This document shows, one piece after another, positions 28,433 to 45,431 of a DNA stretch of 64,000 nt. The notes under the pieces are model-generated. The model did not search any database, had not been told where the DNA came from, and saw nothing but the letters and a program-made list of their open reading frames with translations. The position numbers were made by a program, and so were the translations under genes. This DNA is from Eledone cirrhosa (Eukaryota). Where the stretch lies: contig CAXHJY010000834.1 of the NCBI GenBank assembly GCA_964016885.1, positions 1 through 64,000 of the forward strand, read 5' to 3'. Every line of letters starts with the position of its first letter. Position 1 is the stretch's first letter.

Positions 28433-28623
28433 ATAGGAAAAGATATGACCCCGACAGCAGAGCTCAAGCCGTTTCGACGGCTATTTCTGGACTAGCCAGA
28501 AATAGCCATCGAAACGGCTTGAGCTCTGCCGTCAGGGTCATACATTTTCCTATTACCCATTCTACTACCCTAAGTACTCTGGTGTGTTATGGTCCATCTG
28601 ATTCCTTACCACAACTCCTTTGT
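28433..28623 (+). mobile_element. Fold-back cassette E
   Basis: Arms 28433-28490/28496-28553, extension to 28623, TA both sides. GAAA-cggc-tt-gagctc directly follows the central hairpin. Confidence 0.75.
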
Positions 28624-28879
28624 TATATATATATATATACAGGTACAAATATATATATGTGTATATAAATATTAATATATATATATAACTGTTTATATAT
28701 AGAATGCTCTTACTTTTTCTTGATATTTTCACTACACACACTTATGTACATATAGATATATATGTATACATGCATGTAAGATTAACAACATTGATTGATT
28801 TTGTAAATATTTGTATTATGTATATTATGGTTTCAACTTACCACCATTTATCCAAACACAAATACAACACATTCATATA

Positions 28880-31070
28880 GAGACATCAGGGCAACAAGAA
28901 GCTGTCCAGTGATACCATACTCTTGCAGAACCTTCCACATGTCCCATGGAATGCAGTAATATGCCTTTTCAAGGTTTACGAAACAAGAATACATCTCTTG
29001 GCAATACTCCCATGAATTCTTAAAGATCTGCTGCAGTAGGAATATTTGGTCAGCTGTGCTGTGTCCAAGATGAAAACCACAATGTTCGTCTGCTAGCTTG
29101 GACTCAACAATCTCACTGCATCTTTTTGCCAGATAATTAGACTTTACCAGGGGGGTTTAACAAGGAGATCTCTCTATAACTGAAGCAATCTCATCTCCTT
29201 GTTTGAAAATTGGGATTATCACACCTGATTACCATGCTCAAGTGCCTTTCCAGAAATCCAGGACACCCGGCACACAAGTCAGCTAGAGAATGCTCCCTCT
29301 ATTTAATGCTTTTAACAACTCGGCTGAACTTCATCCTCTCCAGCAGCCTTGCCACTTTATTTCCTCTGAGAACTTTAGCCTCTTGATGGTTAGCCATCAC
29401 TCTCAGATACATCTTGTGTACATCAGAAGATGGTTGTGAACGGAGATCAACAAAGAATACTCTCCATCTCACAAAGATGCACCTCACTTCTGAGCGAAGA
29501 ACCCCAGACACGTTCCTGATAGCAGGTATGGAAAAGGACTTCTTATTACGAAGTCGGTGGATGGTCTGCCAGAACACTTTATTTACTGATCTAAAGTCAG
29601 ATTCCAGCTTAACCACCAAATCCTCCCTTATTTTAACTTTAGATGCCTTTACTATCTCTGCTGCAAATGTTTACACTTGCTTGTACTGCAAGTGCAAGAA
29701 AGAGGACTTATTTTCAAGCCAAGCTTTGTAAGCCTTTTTCTTTAAGCCCCTGATTGAACCAATCCACTTTTGGCCACAGCATTTAACAATTAAAACAGAA
29801 GCTGCCAAGCTGAACAGTCTCCACTCTATTTCAATGTCCTCAGTTTGCCCAGGTCAAGCTGGACCTGCCAGTTTTGTGGGCTCTCTTGGCTTTAGGTAGT
29901 CTCAGGTTGTAGATAACTAGATGGTGATCGATTGACAACCTCAGCCCCACTCTTAACACAAACATCAAGCACAGAATCAAAGACAATAACAAAATCAATG
30001 ATTGATCTCTGTCGCTTATTCTCTTTATACTATGTGTATTTATGGATGTCTTTGTGCTGGAAGATGTTCATAATAGAGAGTCCATTGCTGTAACTAATAA
30101 GGCCTCCATTCGTATTTAGATCGGGATCACCATTCCTTCCAATCACTCCTTTCCATGTCAGGTAGTTAGTGTCAACATGAGCATTGAAGTTTCCTATTAT
30201 GATATATAGCTTTCTTAAATACATCTAATGCTGCATTGACTTTGGGCTCTGTTTGGCAGATAAACTTGAACCACTCACAGGATTGGCATGTGCAGTCAGG
30301 TTGGAAGTGGTATCAAAACTAGAAGGTGTAGGATCAGTCAGCTGTAATTTGCAGACAACATGGTACTACTTAACTCATCAGAAGGTGATCTTGACATGCA
30401 TTTAATAGGTGCAATGCAAATGAGTGCTGCAAAGAGACACTCATCCTCTCAAGGAAGCACTCAACATGTGAATGGAGTTACATTGAAGCAAGTGGAGAAG
30501 TTCCAGTATCTCGGGCTGTGTTTATGAGTGATGGAAGGTAGGAGGCTGAAAATAAGAGCAAGAATTGCAGTAATGCACCAGCTTCAGCCTTTAGAAGAAG
30601 GGAGACAGGTGTAAAAGCCAAACTCTATCTTAAATTTGATATTTGTGCCAACCATTACCTATAGTTGGGTAATAACCGAAAGAATACAATTGAGAATGCA
30701 AGCAGACAAAATGGAGTCCCTCTAAAGGGTCTTTGGAGTAATATTACCCAATAGAGTGCATAGCTCGGAAATCCAGTCACTCCAGGTAGAGCCTCTACTT
30801 CTCCAAATTGAGAGATAACAGCTCTGATATTATGGGCTTGTGGTTAGAAAGTCTTAGGAAAGAATCACTGAACAGATTTTGGGACAAAACCAACCAGCAG
30901 GGAACCCAAGTGTGGACCTCGAGCAGGATGGTTGGATAACATTCATGACCTCAGCAAGTTTCACTTGGAAATCCAGCTAGATCAGTTGGTTACTTCTGAC
31001 AGGACCGATGTAAAGAGTGTTTGAGGACTCTGCCCCCATGACTCTCCCAAGAATAAGTGGGCAAAGAAGA
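28880..31070. mobile_element. Old RTE-like LINE fragments (28880-30240 minus; 30400-31070 plus)
   Basis: GNFNAHVD..WKGVIGRNG (APE), VFWQTIHRLR, LKQVEKFQYLG. Heavily degraded. Confidence 0.7.
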
Positions 31071-31650
31071 AAATATGTACATACATATATGTTTGTATTT
31101 TCGTGCAAAGACCTTAACATGCTTAATATACACAAGTGTTATAATTGTGAAGTATCTGTTATAAATGTGTGTTGGTAAAATAGGTTATATCCTCATACCT
31201 AAATGTTTCATGTGGTTCCTATTAATCACTTACCCTCATTGCTTAGTTTGAAACTTATAAGTATGACTGATTAACATCACTTGCTTGAAACTTTGAGGCA
31301 TTATGAAATAATCCACTTTACATATATGTAAGTATGCATGTTTCGACTTTGGGTTCAAGGTGGATGGGTGATATCTTGCATTGTTAGTAAGACGTGACTA
31401 CCAAAGAGGCCTTTCATCTCAATTTTGGCATTTATTTATCTAAAAATGGTAATTAGTCCTGTTTCTCCCAGCTCAAAACATGTGTGCCTAGGTTCTAAGA
31501 ATTGTGATTTACAATTCTAATGTAAGTTAATTACATTTACTATCCCTTTTATATCTATGCAAGATATTAAATATATTGTCTCTATAATATTATCTTTTAT
31601 GAGTGTGCCCTAAATTAGTCTCTTCCGATTTTGGTTTTTGTATTCATTAT

Positions 31651-32354
<704 letters not shown>

Positions 32355-32357
<3 letters not shown>

Positions 32358-32686
32358 TGGTTAGAGCATTGGCCTTGCAATCGAAAGGTTGTGAGTTCAA
32401 TTCTCAGACCAGGTGATGTGTTGTTTTCTTGAGCAAGACACTTTATTTCACATTGCTCCAGTTTACTCAGCTGTAGAAATGAGATGATAGGGACTGGGAT
32501 CCCTATCATTCCACTGCAAAGTGGTCGTGGAGGTGCCACGGCAAAAAAGCACCCAGCACTCACTGTAAATGAGGTTGGTGTTAGGAAGGGCATCCAGCTG
32601 TAGAAATCAAGCCAGAATCAGTTCCTGTCCCACCCTTGCAAGCAGGGAAAAGTGGACGTAAAATGAAATGATGATGAATGATGATA
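32355..32686 (+). mobile_element. tRNA-headed SINE with RTE tail (copy of 23004-23345)
   Basis: ggttagagcatt..gagttcaattct head, ttgagcaagacacttt core, RTE tail. Confidence 0.85.
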
Positions 32687-32990
32687 TATATATATATATT
32701 ATTATATATAGAGATATAATTGTTTCTACTTTTGTCACAAGGCCAGTGTATTACTGGTACTTTATTTTATCGACCACGTAAGGATGAAAGGCAAAGTTAA
32801 CCTCGGCGGGATTTGAACTCAGACCATAAAGGGCCGTAACTCTTTGCTGCAAAGCATGGTGTCTGACGCTCTACTGATACTGCCAAATAAGTAATAATGA
32901 ATACAAAGACCAAAATCCAAAGAGGACTTGATAAGGGTTGTATATATATATATATATATAAGTATATATATAAACCCATATAGCAAATAT

Positions 32991-33687
32991 TTATTATTAG
33001 TACAGATTAAAAGTTTAAGCAATAAATTTCTTCTTTCACTCTAAGTGGGGTCATCTGAAACTGAGAAAAATCAATATGTAGACGCAGAAGTAAATATCTC
33101 CAAAACGTTATGACTTAATAGAGCCTTTAGAAAACAGAAAGACATAAGCAAAATACATGCAAGGAAAATTATGCCATTATGTGGAACAAGAACAAATTCT
33201 TGCTATGGAAAAAACATATTCTTGTTATGAAAAAAATCATATTCTTGGTATGAAAAAATCAGAAGAATATTCTTTTTAAATTAACCGAATAATTTCCAGC
33301 TACCATATATAGAAAATGATGTTAATAATAGCAAAATGATTAAACATAAAAATACTGAAGGTATTAATAATCGTAAAAGTAATAAAAATAATGAGAACAT
33401 TAATAGTAATGTTTTCGGATTTAGGCTCATATATAAGTATGTGCTGACCGGTGTGGATACATGCATAGACAAAGATATAGTGTATGAAAATTATACACTC
33501 ATCTCAAGAGAACGTCTTTATGCACTAAAGTTATGTCTTTCTGTTTTCTAAAGGCTCTATTAAGTTGTAACATTTTTGAAATATTTACTTCTACATCCAT
33601 GTATTGATTTTTCTCAGTTTCAGATGATCCCATTTAGGGGGAAAGCAGCAATTTATTTCTTAAACTTTTAATCTATACTAATAATAA
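32991..33687. mobile_element. Diverged inverted-repeat cassette F (~157-bp arms, ~380-bp spacer)
   Basis: 32991-33147 vs 33531-33687. Both arms contain cagatga-ccc..ggg-gaaa (hammerhead-like, core mutated). Confidence 0.65.
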
Positions 33688-33721
33688 TAATAACAATAAT
33701 AATTATATATATATATATATA

Positions 33722-34184
33722 TACGATATTAAACAAATGGAAACTATATTTATAAAACCATATTTATTTCGTTATATATATTTCTGGGATATCATATTAA
33801 AAATATGTTATGCCTTCCTCAGACAAAATACAATACATAAGCTGTTTTATAAATAATTAGTGACATACCTTGTAATAATGCAACTTCCTTTTAAAAAGTT
33901 GATTTGGTAGATACTACCAAATCAACTTTTTAAAAGGAAGTTGCATTATTACAAATGTCACTAATTATTTATAAAACAGCTTATGTATTGTATTTTGTCT
34001 GAGGAAGGCATAACATATTTTTAATATGATATCCCAGAAATATATATAACGAAATAAATATGGTTTTATAAATATAGTTTCCATTTGTTTAATATCGTAA
34101 ACCTACTCCAGAAACTGTCGAGTGCTTTTATATCAGTTATAAAATATTTACTCGTTGTAACCCAACAATCTTAAATAAAACTTT

Positions 34185-34187
<3 letters not shown>
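33722..34187 (+). mobile_element. Fold-back cassette G, near-perfect ~187-bp arms with a hammerhead in each arm
   Basis: 33722-33910/33914-34099, 3-nt loop, extension to 34187, TA flanks. Confidence 0.85.
33991..34056 (+). ncRNA. Type-I hammerhead ribozyme motif (mirror copy 33765-33830 minus)
   Basis: tattttgt-CTGAGGA-aggcataacatatt ttt aatatgatatccca-GAAA-tatata-TA-acgaaata. Stems I, II and palindromic III all present. Confidence 0.7.
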
Positions 34188-34215
<28 letters not shown>

Positions 34216-34220
<5 letters not shown>

Positions 34221-34540
34221 CCATACAAAATCACTGATGGGTAGATCTCCAAATCTAAAAATAACACTTCACCAGCATCTTTGCCTATGGATATAGTCTT
34301 AGTTAAGCGACCTCAAGCTAGAAGGCTTCACTTATTTTCCTAGCTTTAGGTTGCTTAACTAAAACTATATACCTAAGGAAAGATGCTTGTGAAATGTTCT
34401 TTTTAGATTACTTTATTGGGATCTACCCCTCAGTGATTTTGTATAAGATGTTCTATATGTATTTGCTTCTCTGAATGAGATTTTTTTAAAGATCTCTTTT
34501 CATTAAGATGTTATGTATATTGGTGACAAATTTACCTGTG
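34216..34540 (+). mobile_element. Older fold-back cassette H
   Basis: Diverged arms 34216-34321/34340-34451, extension to ~34540, TA flanks. Confidence 0.65.
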
Positions 34541-34584
34541 TATAATATATATATATATATACATACACACACACGCATATAAAT

Positions 34585-34632
<48 letters not shown>

Positions 34633-35776
34633 ATATATGCATATATGTTTATATATATGTATATATATTCTCACAACGGGAAAACCCATCTAACCCATGC
34701 TAGCGTGGAAAAACAGATGTTAAATGGCAATAATGATGATGATATAGTTTATATATATATATAAGCTCTAATTAATATATACATGTATGTATGTATTTAA
34801 TATCACTTGGGTGTTTATACATAATTAAGTATGTGTGCAACTTGGGTGTTTATACATGATTGAGTATGTGTGCAGATTCTGTACAAAAGTCTTTGACTGA
34901 ATATACTTCACCCTATATCAAAGGTCATCAGCCTGTGATTCTCATGGATTCTAGCACTTTGCAGCATCAATCTGGGGCTGCTTCAGCGTTTTTATAACAG
35001 TGTACATAAAACAGACTGTGGCATAAGGACAGATTAAAGAGGGAGAGCTGCTTGGGCTGTAGCCAAGGGCACCACAATATCTAAAGGATCCCAAAGTAAT
35101 TGCTTATTCAACTACAAATAATATACAAGCTTTTGCCCCACTGTGAGGTCGTTTGCAAGTTTCATCTGCCCCACTGGTGGTGCTACACCCAGGGTGGCTA
35201 GTTACAAAATTTAACTAACTGTATGTTAAAATATAAAATAAAATAAATGTTGTCTTTGGTCTCTGTTAGCTGTAACATCATACATCATGTTGCTAATTGG
35301 ATACAACTTTAATTAATAAATGTCTGTATAATGTAAAATTATAGGAGAGACAGAGTGAGTGGAGAAGAGATAGAAGAGAGAGAAGGAGGAGGAGAGAAAA
35401 GGTAACAGGTATATATATATGTTTGTGTACATTTGAAAAAAGGAAAAGAATAACTTCATTTTTAGTTGGTATTCTATAACAATTAAATTTTATAATTTAC
35501 AATTTCATAATTTTGCTATGTAGATCTAATAAGTCCTTTGTTAAGTTCAGTACAAATTTTTTTTTAAAACCCTGGTTAACTTTCTGGAGAACTTTCTCAC
35601 ATTCATTGGTGGCAATTGTCAAACTGATCTAAAGTTGCAATGTGTTGGTGTATATGTAAAGAATTTGGGTGTGTGTCTTGGGAAGTGCTAATGAGTTATA
35701 GAATACCAGCTAAAAAGGAACTCATTCTTTTTCCTTTTTTCAAATATATCTAACTGAATAAGGATCTCACACATTT

Positions 35777-38879
<3,103 letters not shown>

Positions 38880-39422
38880 GAGAGAGAGAAAGAGAGATAG
38901 AGAAAGAAAGAGTGAGGAGAATGAGACAGGTTTAGTAACTGAAAATATTGTGTTGCAAAAACTGGGAAAATGTTGAAATGAAATGAAAATGGAAGAGTGG
39001 AAGTGGTGGTGGGGAATGAGGTGATGAGAAAAAGAGGGACTTTGTATGTAAGTAAAAATAGCTAATAGATTGAAAGAAATATGGAAGATATGAGAGAAAG
39101 TACAAAAAGCTGAAAAGAAAAAGAGTGAAACACATAGATAGAGAGAGTGAGACAGTGTGCGTGTGGAAGAGTGAGAGATACGGAAGAGATATACATGGAA
39201 AATATGAAAAAGATAGAGAGAAAGTATGTAAAGAAAGCAAGGAAATGGAGGGAGAGGGAGAGAAGGGACAAAGAAGAGCAAGGATATATATATAGAGAGA
39301 AAAGATGAACAAATGCAACACACTTTAAACAATGGACGGCAAATAGTTTTTATAATATTACTCATTCATCTCTCTCTCTCTCTCTTTCTTTTTATTTTCT
39401 CTCTTCAATATCACACAGTAAG

Positions 39423-40816
39423 TCACTCACTGGGCTGACTGTGAGAAGAGGTTTGTACTTGGGAGCTGGAATTGGTAATCTTTGGGTTCATATTTGAATG
39501 GTTTGGCATACCTAGCCCTGTGGCAGGAAACATCTGCAGAGCATGGTAAATATGTGTGGTGTTACCTGGCACTTGAATTGAAGGGAAAATCTGAGCGATT
39601 GGGTACATTGGTGCAGCTGCATTCTGAAACATCTGGCCACTTCCAGATACTGGCGTTGAATTAAGGGGTTGAGATGTCCCAGCAATATTGAGTGCGTGAA
39701 GGACTTTCACCTGTTGCTCGTCATGCTGTTCATGATGATGATGATGATGATGATGTTGTTGATGATGTTGATGATGGTCATGTTGTTCCTTTTGAAATGC
39801 CTGGCTATCTTCGTTACTTTCACCATCTTTCTGAGGAACACAGCTCAGCTTTCGTTCACCTTTATTTGGCCTATTATGTCTGATCAGGTGGTCATTGCGA
39901 GCAAAAGCGTAGCCACAGATCTTACATTTGAATGGTCTCTCACCTGTGTGGATCCTTCTATGAATTTTTAGGTGGTCCTTTCTTGAAAGAGCTTTGCTAC
40001 AAATGTCGCAGCTGAACATCTTCTCCGGTTGGTGGCTGATCATGTGACGCATCAGGTGGTCATTACGAGCAAATGCATAGCCACAAGTTAGACATCGATA
40101 TGGCCTCTCCCCAGAGTGGATTCTCTGATGCACCTTAAGGTGATCTCTACGAGACAGTGCTTTATTGCAGATATCGCAGGTGAACAGTTTTTGGTTGCTG
40201 TGAATACGTATATGGCGTACAAGATGGTCATTTCTGGCAAATGCAAAACCACATGTGGGGCATTTGAAAGGCCGTTCTCCAGTGTGGATACGTTTGTGCA
40301 CTTTCAAGTGGTCACGTCGTGTCAGAGTCTTGTTGCATATGTCACAACTATAAAGTTTCTCTGGTGCAGCAGCTGCTACTGGTGATGGTGCTGTTGTTGT
40401 TGTTGTTGTTGTTGGGTTCGTGGTGGTGATGGTGTTTACGTGGGAATGATGATGGTGGTGATTATGGTTGTGCTGTTGTTGCTGGTGGTGGTGATGGTGG
40501 TGGTGGTGGTGGGGATGGGGATGGGAGTGAGGATGTACATGAGATTGGTGAGACTGATGAATGTGAAGGCCGGCATGGCTATTAGAAATGTTCGTCACAA
40601 CTTTTCCATCAACATTAGATAACATAGTAGATGAGGAAACATTAGTTGTTAGAGGGACAGGATTTGAGGGTGTGACAAAAGGACCACTGCCCCACACATC
40701 ATAAGGGGTGCTTTTCTCAACTGAAGAACCAGAAGATACAGGGAAGCTGGAGGTGGCCTTGTTCTCAACAGTTTTAGAAGAGGACTGCACATCAGCATTA
40801 GCCATTGAATTCATGT
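39423..40816 (-). CDS. C2H2 zinc-finger transcription factor, large exon (6 fingers as three repeated pairs, poly-His/Gln tracts)
   Basis: Intact ORF with CDIC..RRDHLKVH..H-TGERP-FKC..CG..FARNDHL.RH x3. Splice acceptor ttttaatccAG before 40816, and a donor-like GTGAGT at 39430 overlapping the ORF end. Confidence 0.93.
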
Positions 40817-40979
40817 CTGGATTAAAATAAAACAAAACTACTTTAAAATGACATTATCATATTGGTCAGTTACAATAAGATATCACTATATTACAATTGG
40901 ATACTATATACTACTATAGCACATAGTATACTACTATAGCACTGCACTAGATACTGGATACCAGATATCATATCACTGC

Positions 40980-41008
40980 GTGAGTGATTGTTACTGATGT
41001 TGTTACAG

Positions 41009-41079
<71 letters not shown>

Positions 41080-41193
41080 AAGAGAGAAAGAGAGATTGTT
41101 ATTGATGTTGTTACACTGTGAGAGAGAGAGAGATTGTTACTGATGTTACACTGTGAGAGAGAGAGTGAGAGATTGTTATTGATGTTGTTACAC

Positions 41194-41248
<55 letters not shown>

Positions 41249-41450
41249 TTGATGTTGTTACACTGTGAAAGAGAGAGAGATAGAAATTGTTACTGATGTT
41301 GTTACAGTGTATGTGTGTGAGAGAGAGAGAGATTGTTATTGATGTTGTTACACTGTCAGAGAGAGAGAGAGAGATTGTTATTGATGTTGTTACACTGTGA
41401 GAGAGAGAGATTGTTATTGATGTTGTTACAATGTGTGTGAGAGAGAGTTA
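40980..41450. repeat. Composite tandem repeat (GA)n-gattgttattgatgttgttacactgt
   Basis: About 10 units with variable (GA)/(GT) spacers. Confidence 0.9.
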
Positions 41451-41702
41451 GAAAGATAGTAACTAATGTTACAGTTGTGTTCTGTTGTCTGTTATAGAAA
41501 CAAGAGATAAATGAATGGCAATAGCATTAACAGTGTCTAGATTGGATTTTGAGAAGAAAACCCACCACCACAAAATAAATAAATCATTAAAAAGAAATAA
41601 GAATAATTACAAAATTCAGTTTATCACTTTAATTATTGCAATTTATAATTAAAATAAAAAAAAAAATTGATAAATCTGTTGTCCTTGTATATGCTATTAT
41701 TA

Positions 41703-44375
41703 AAATTATTATTATTATTATTATTATCATTTGTAACGATTTTGTTCTGGCAGATGTTATACCTAAAAGAGTGAGCCATAGCCAAATACCTAAAGGTCCT
41801 TTGGGTTATTTCTTCTTCACTTTCCAACACCATCCTTAGAATCCTTGCTGTTCCTAGCAAGGCTGTTTTCTGCAACAATCCCGTCCTGATGGTAATTCCT
41901 AGCTTCTCAAGCCATACATCCAACCTTTTACTAACTGCTCCCAGTACACCAACGACAATCAGTACCACTTCTACTGATTCTCCATAGTTTCCTGATTTCT
42001 CTCTACAGCTCCTGGTATTTCTCAACTTTCTCACTTTCCTTCTCATTCACCCTATGTCCCCATGGTGAAGCAATATCCACAGTACTTGCCTTGTTATTCT
42101 TTTTTTCTACGACGACAATGTCAGGCTCTCTAACCACAATAAAATAGTCACACAGGATAGTTATGTCCCACAAGATCTTCTACTGTTTGTTTTCAGCACC
42201 CTTTCCAGTTGGTGCTCATACCATTTCTCACTTCTGCTCATGTCATACTTATGACAGAACTTCCAATGAACCAATCTGGCAATGTTGTTGTGCCTTCTCT
42301 TCTACTCTTTCTGAGTAAGCATCTTACATTCACTAATAATGTGGTTTATTGTTTCACCTTTCTCACCACACAACCTACAAAGTGGGGCATTCCCTGACTT
42401 GTCAATATTGAACCTGATATAGTTTGTTCACAGTGCCTGTTCCTGGGCTGCAAATATAAGGGCTTCAGTTCCAACTTTTAAGTCACTTTTCCTAGTCCAT
42501 TCCCAGTTCCTATCTTTGTCAACTCTCTCAGGCATTTCATGCAAGAATTGAACATACATTTTTTTCCTTCCATCTGTTCAAGGTATCAGTCTGTCTGTCT
42601 TGTTTAAATCAGAACCTTGCACACTGTCTCTACCAGGAGCTTTCCAATTTAGCATCTTTCTACACTGAATAGTTACCATATCAGTTGTTATCTCCAATTC
42701 TCTTTGTTGATTATCCCCATTGTCATTTTTTATGTTAGTCAGCCACTCCCTACTTCTATTGTGCTCTTTTCCTACACTCCAGATATCATTCCAAAACTTA
42801 CTTTCATCTGCATCAAGGATTACATCATCATTCCTAACCATGTCATTTACCTCCTGATAGAATTTCTTCTGATTTTGATGGAAACAAACATTCTGTTTAT
42901 ACTGTGTGATTTGTTGTTCATAACTCTTAATCTTTGTAACTTGGGCAAGTACCTTTTGTTTCAGCTCCTCAATTACCATAGTAATCTTCTTTCTCCAGAT
43001 ATTGTACAATCTTTCCCCTTTTTCTTTATTCACCTAGTTTTTACCTTTCCAATTATTATTATTATTTCCTCAAATTCAGACAGATCTTATGCAGTTAAAA
43101 TTCACATACAAGAGTGAGTCATAAAAAATGACCAAGAGTCCTGCAGCCCAGCCTCCTTACTACATTCTGAGTACTCTTCCCAAAATTCTGGCTGTTCCCA
43201 AGTGCATGGTCTTTTGCAGCAACTCAGTTCGAATTTCCACACTAATCTTTGAAATCCAATTTTGAATCTTCTTCATTACCATACTAAGGTCCCCAACAAC
43301 TAGAATAACTTCCACTCTGTTCATTTCCCAAATCCACATTATTTTGAATTTAAATTGGCTATTATATATATATATTCCTTCTTAACAACCCTGTCATCTC
43401 TTGGCACTGCTATGTCAATCAAGAGGCAGTGTTTTCTTTCTTTATCTACCAGTATCAGATCTGATCCTCTTGCTATGATCTTTTCATAACATTGGAAACT
43501 GAAGTCTCAAAGAAGTTTCACTTTTGTGCACTACCTTAGGTTTATGTTCATACCATTTCTTAGACCTCTCCAGCCGAAACTTTCCACGCAATACCAGTAA
43601 CAATGTCCTGTCTCCTCTTGTATTCCTTCTGTCAGTCCCAGTTTCCCCTGTTACACCATACAATCTGCATGATGGAGACTCTCCTGTGTGATCAATATTC
43701 AATTTAACATAAATTAGTGAGCAATGTCTGTTCCTGGAATGCACAGATCAAAGCCTCTGTTTCAATTTTTAAATATGGTTTCTTCATCCATGCCCATGTA
43801 TCATCTTTGTCAATCCTATCTTTGTGCTACTCTTTTTCCATATCCCACACAAACTGGTCATGCATATTTTTCTCTCTCCATATTCTCATTTTGCCTTTTC
43901 TGTTTTTCAGTTTGAATTCTTCCTGACACTTGCATACTTTTGTGGCTATTATCCCAACTTGTCTAACTCCATTCAGAATTGTTCTCCACTGTTTTTTTTA
44001 AATACTACCCTAGTCTATTTTCCTCACTTCTAAAGCAATCCTCATATCCAATGAGCTCCTTCAAACATTATCATTTCCATCCTAGTTTTTCTATCCAATT
44101 CTTTGACCTCATCCTGTGTGCACTTCAGTATACCTGATCCATATCCCAAAACTGAAACAGCTCATGTGTTTATTGTAGTGATCTTGTTCCTGCCATTAAG
44201 TCCCAAACCAGCCCCAATTGCCTGTAGTATTCGGTTGTAAATCAGTCCTTCATTTTGTCTATCTCTAAAATCCCAAGGTACTTGTATCCATTCTTCTCAA
44301 TGTCCTTCAACACATGTCCATTAGCAAGCTCTATCCCATCAGTTGTAGTCGTCTTCCCTCTTCGCATCACCTATA
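41703..44375 (-). mobile_element. R4/Dong-like non-LTR retrotransposon remnants (CCHC + restriction-like endonuclease), at least two 3' ends, (TAA)n-associated
   Basis: CRL(Y/C)G..GET, KWYEH, Rx[33 protein letters not shown] motifs. (TAA)n at ~41705-41728 and ~44380. Confidence 0.75.
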
Positions 44376-45431
44376 CTGTTATTATTATTATTAAGGCGGT
44401 GGATTGGCAGTATCGGTAGAGCGTAGGACAATATGCTTTGCAGTATAGAGTTAAGGCCCTTTACATTCTGAGTTCAAATCCTGCCAAGGTTAGCTTTGCC
44501 TTTCATTCTTACAGGGTCGATAAAATAACGCACCAGTAATACACTGCGGTTGATTTAATGGACAGCCCCCTCCTTCAAATTGCTGACCTTGTGCCTATAG
44601 TAGAAATCATTATAATAACTGGATCTACTATTACCTGTAAGGTCTCAACAAGGATCTGAGACAGTAGTTTCCTGAGTGTATGTAAAGTGCCCAACAGGGC
44701 AGTTTTTTGTAAGCAAGTAATATGTGTTTTGAGGTCTGTTTGCTCAAGATGTCTTTTCAGTTTTCATCATATCAAGCCCACTACTATAATTATTTTTATT
44801 ATCATTATTGGTGGTTTGCACAGTAAATATGATGATTACTGGATTTTCTACTGTATGATGTGTCTCAACTAAGACCTTAGACAGCACTTTCCTTAGTATA
44901 GTGCCATGTTCAACAAGGCATTCTTTTGTAGGAGAACAATTTACCCTCTTAGTTTTAGTGATATCAGGCCCAAATCTTCTATGACAATTACTATTAAAGA
45001 TGATGGATTAACAATATTAGGAGAGCATCAGACTAAATACTTTGCAGCATATAGTTACAGCCCTTCATATTCTGAGTTCAAATCCTGCTGAGGTCAACTT
45101 TGCTTTTCATTCTTCCAAAGTTGATAAAATAATGTACCAGTCAATTACTGGGTTTGATTTAATTTGTTTTCCCTTCCCTACCAAAAAGTATTACTGGCTT
45201 TGTGCCTAAAATATAAATCAGGTGGATTGGCAGTATCGGCAGAGTGTCAGGCAACATGTTTTGTGGCATATAGTTACAGCTCTTTATATTCTGAGTTCAA
45301 ATCCTGCTGAGGTTAGCTTTGCCTTTCATCTTAACGGTGTTGATAAAATAAAGTACCAGTAACATACTAGGGACAATTTAATTAGTTTTCCCCTCCCCAC
45401 AAATTGTTGGTCTTGTGCCTAAATCAGAAAC

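Noticed and set aside
34890-34935. Hammerhead-like ctgatga-ccttt..aggg-tgaag on minus
   Set aside because: GAAA is mutated and there is no convincing stem I. Could be chance.
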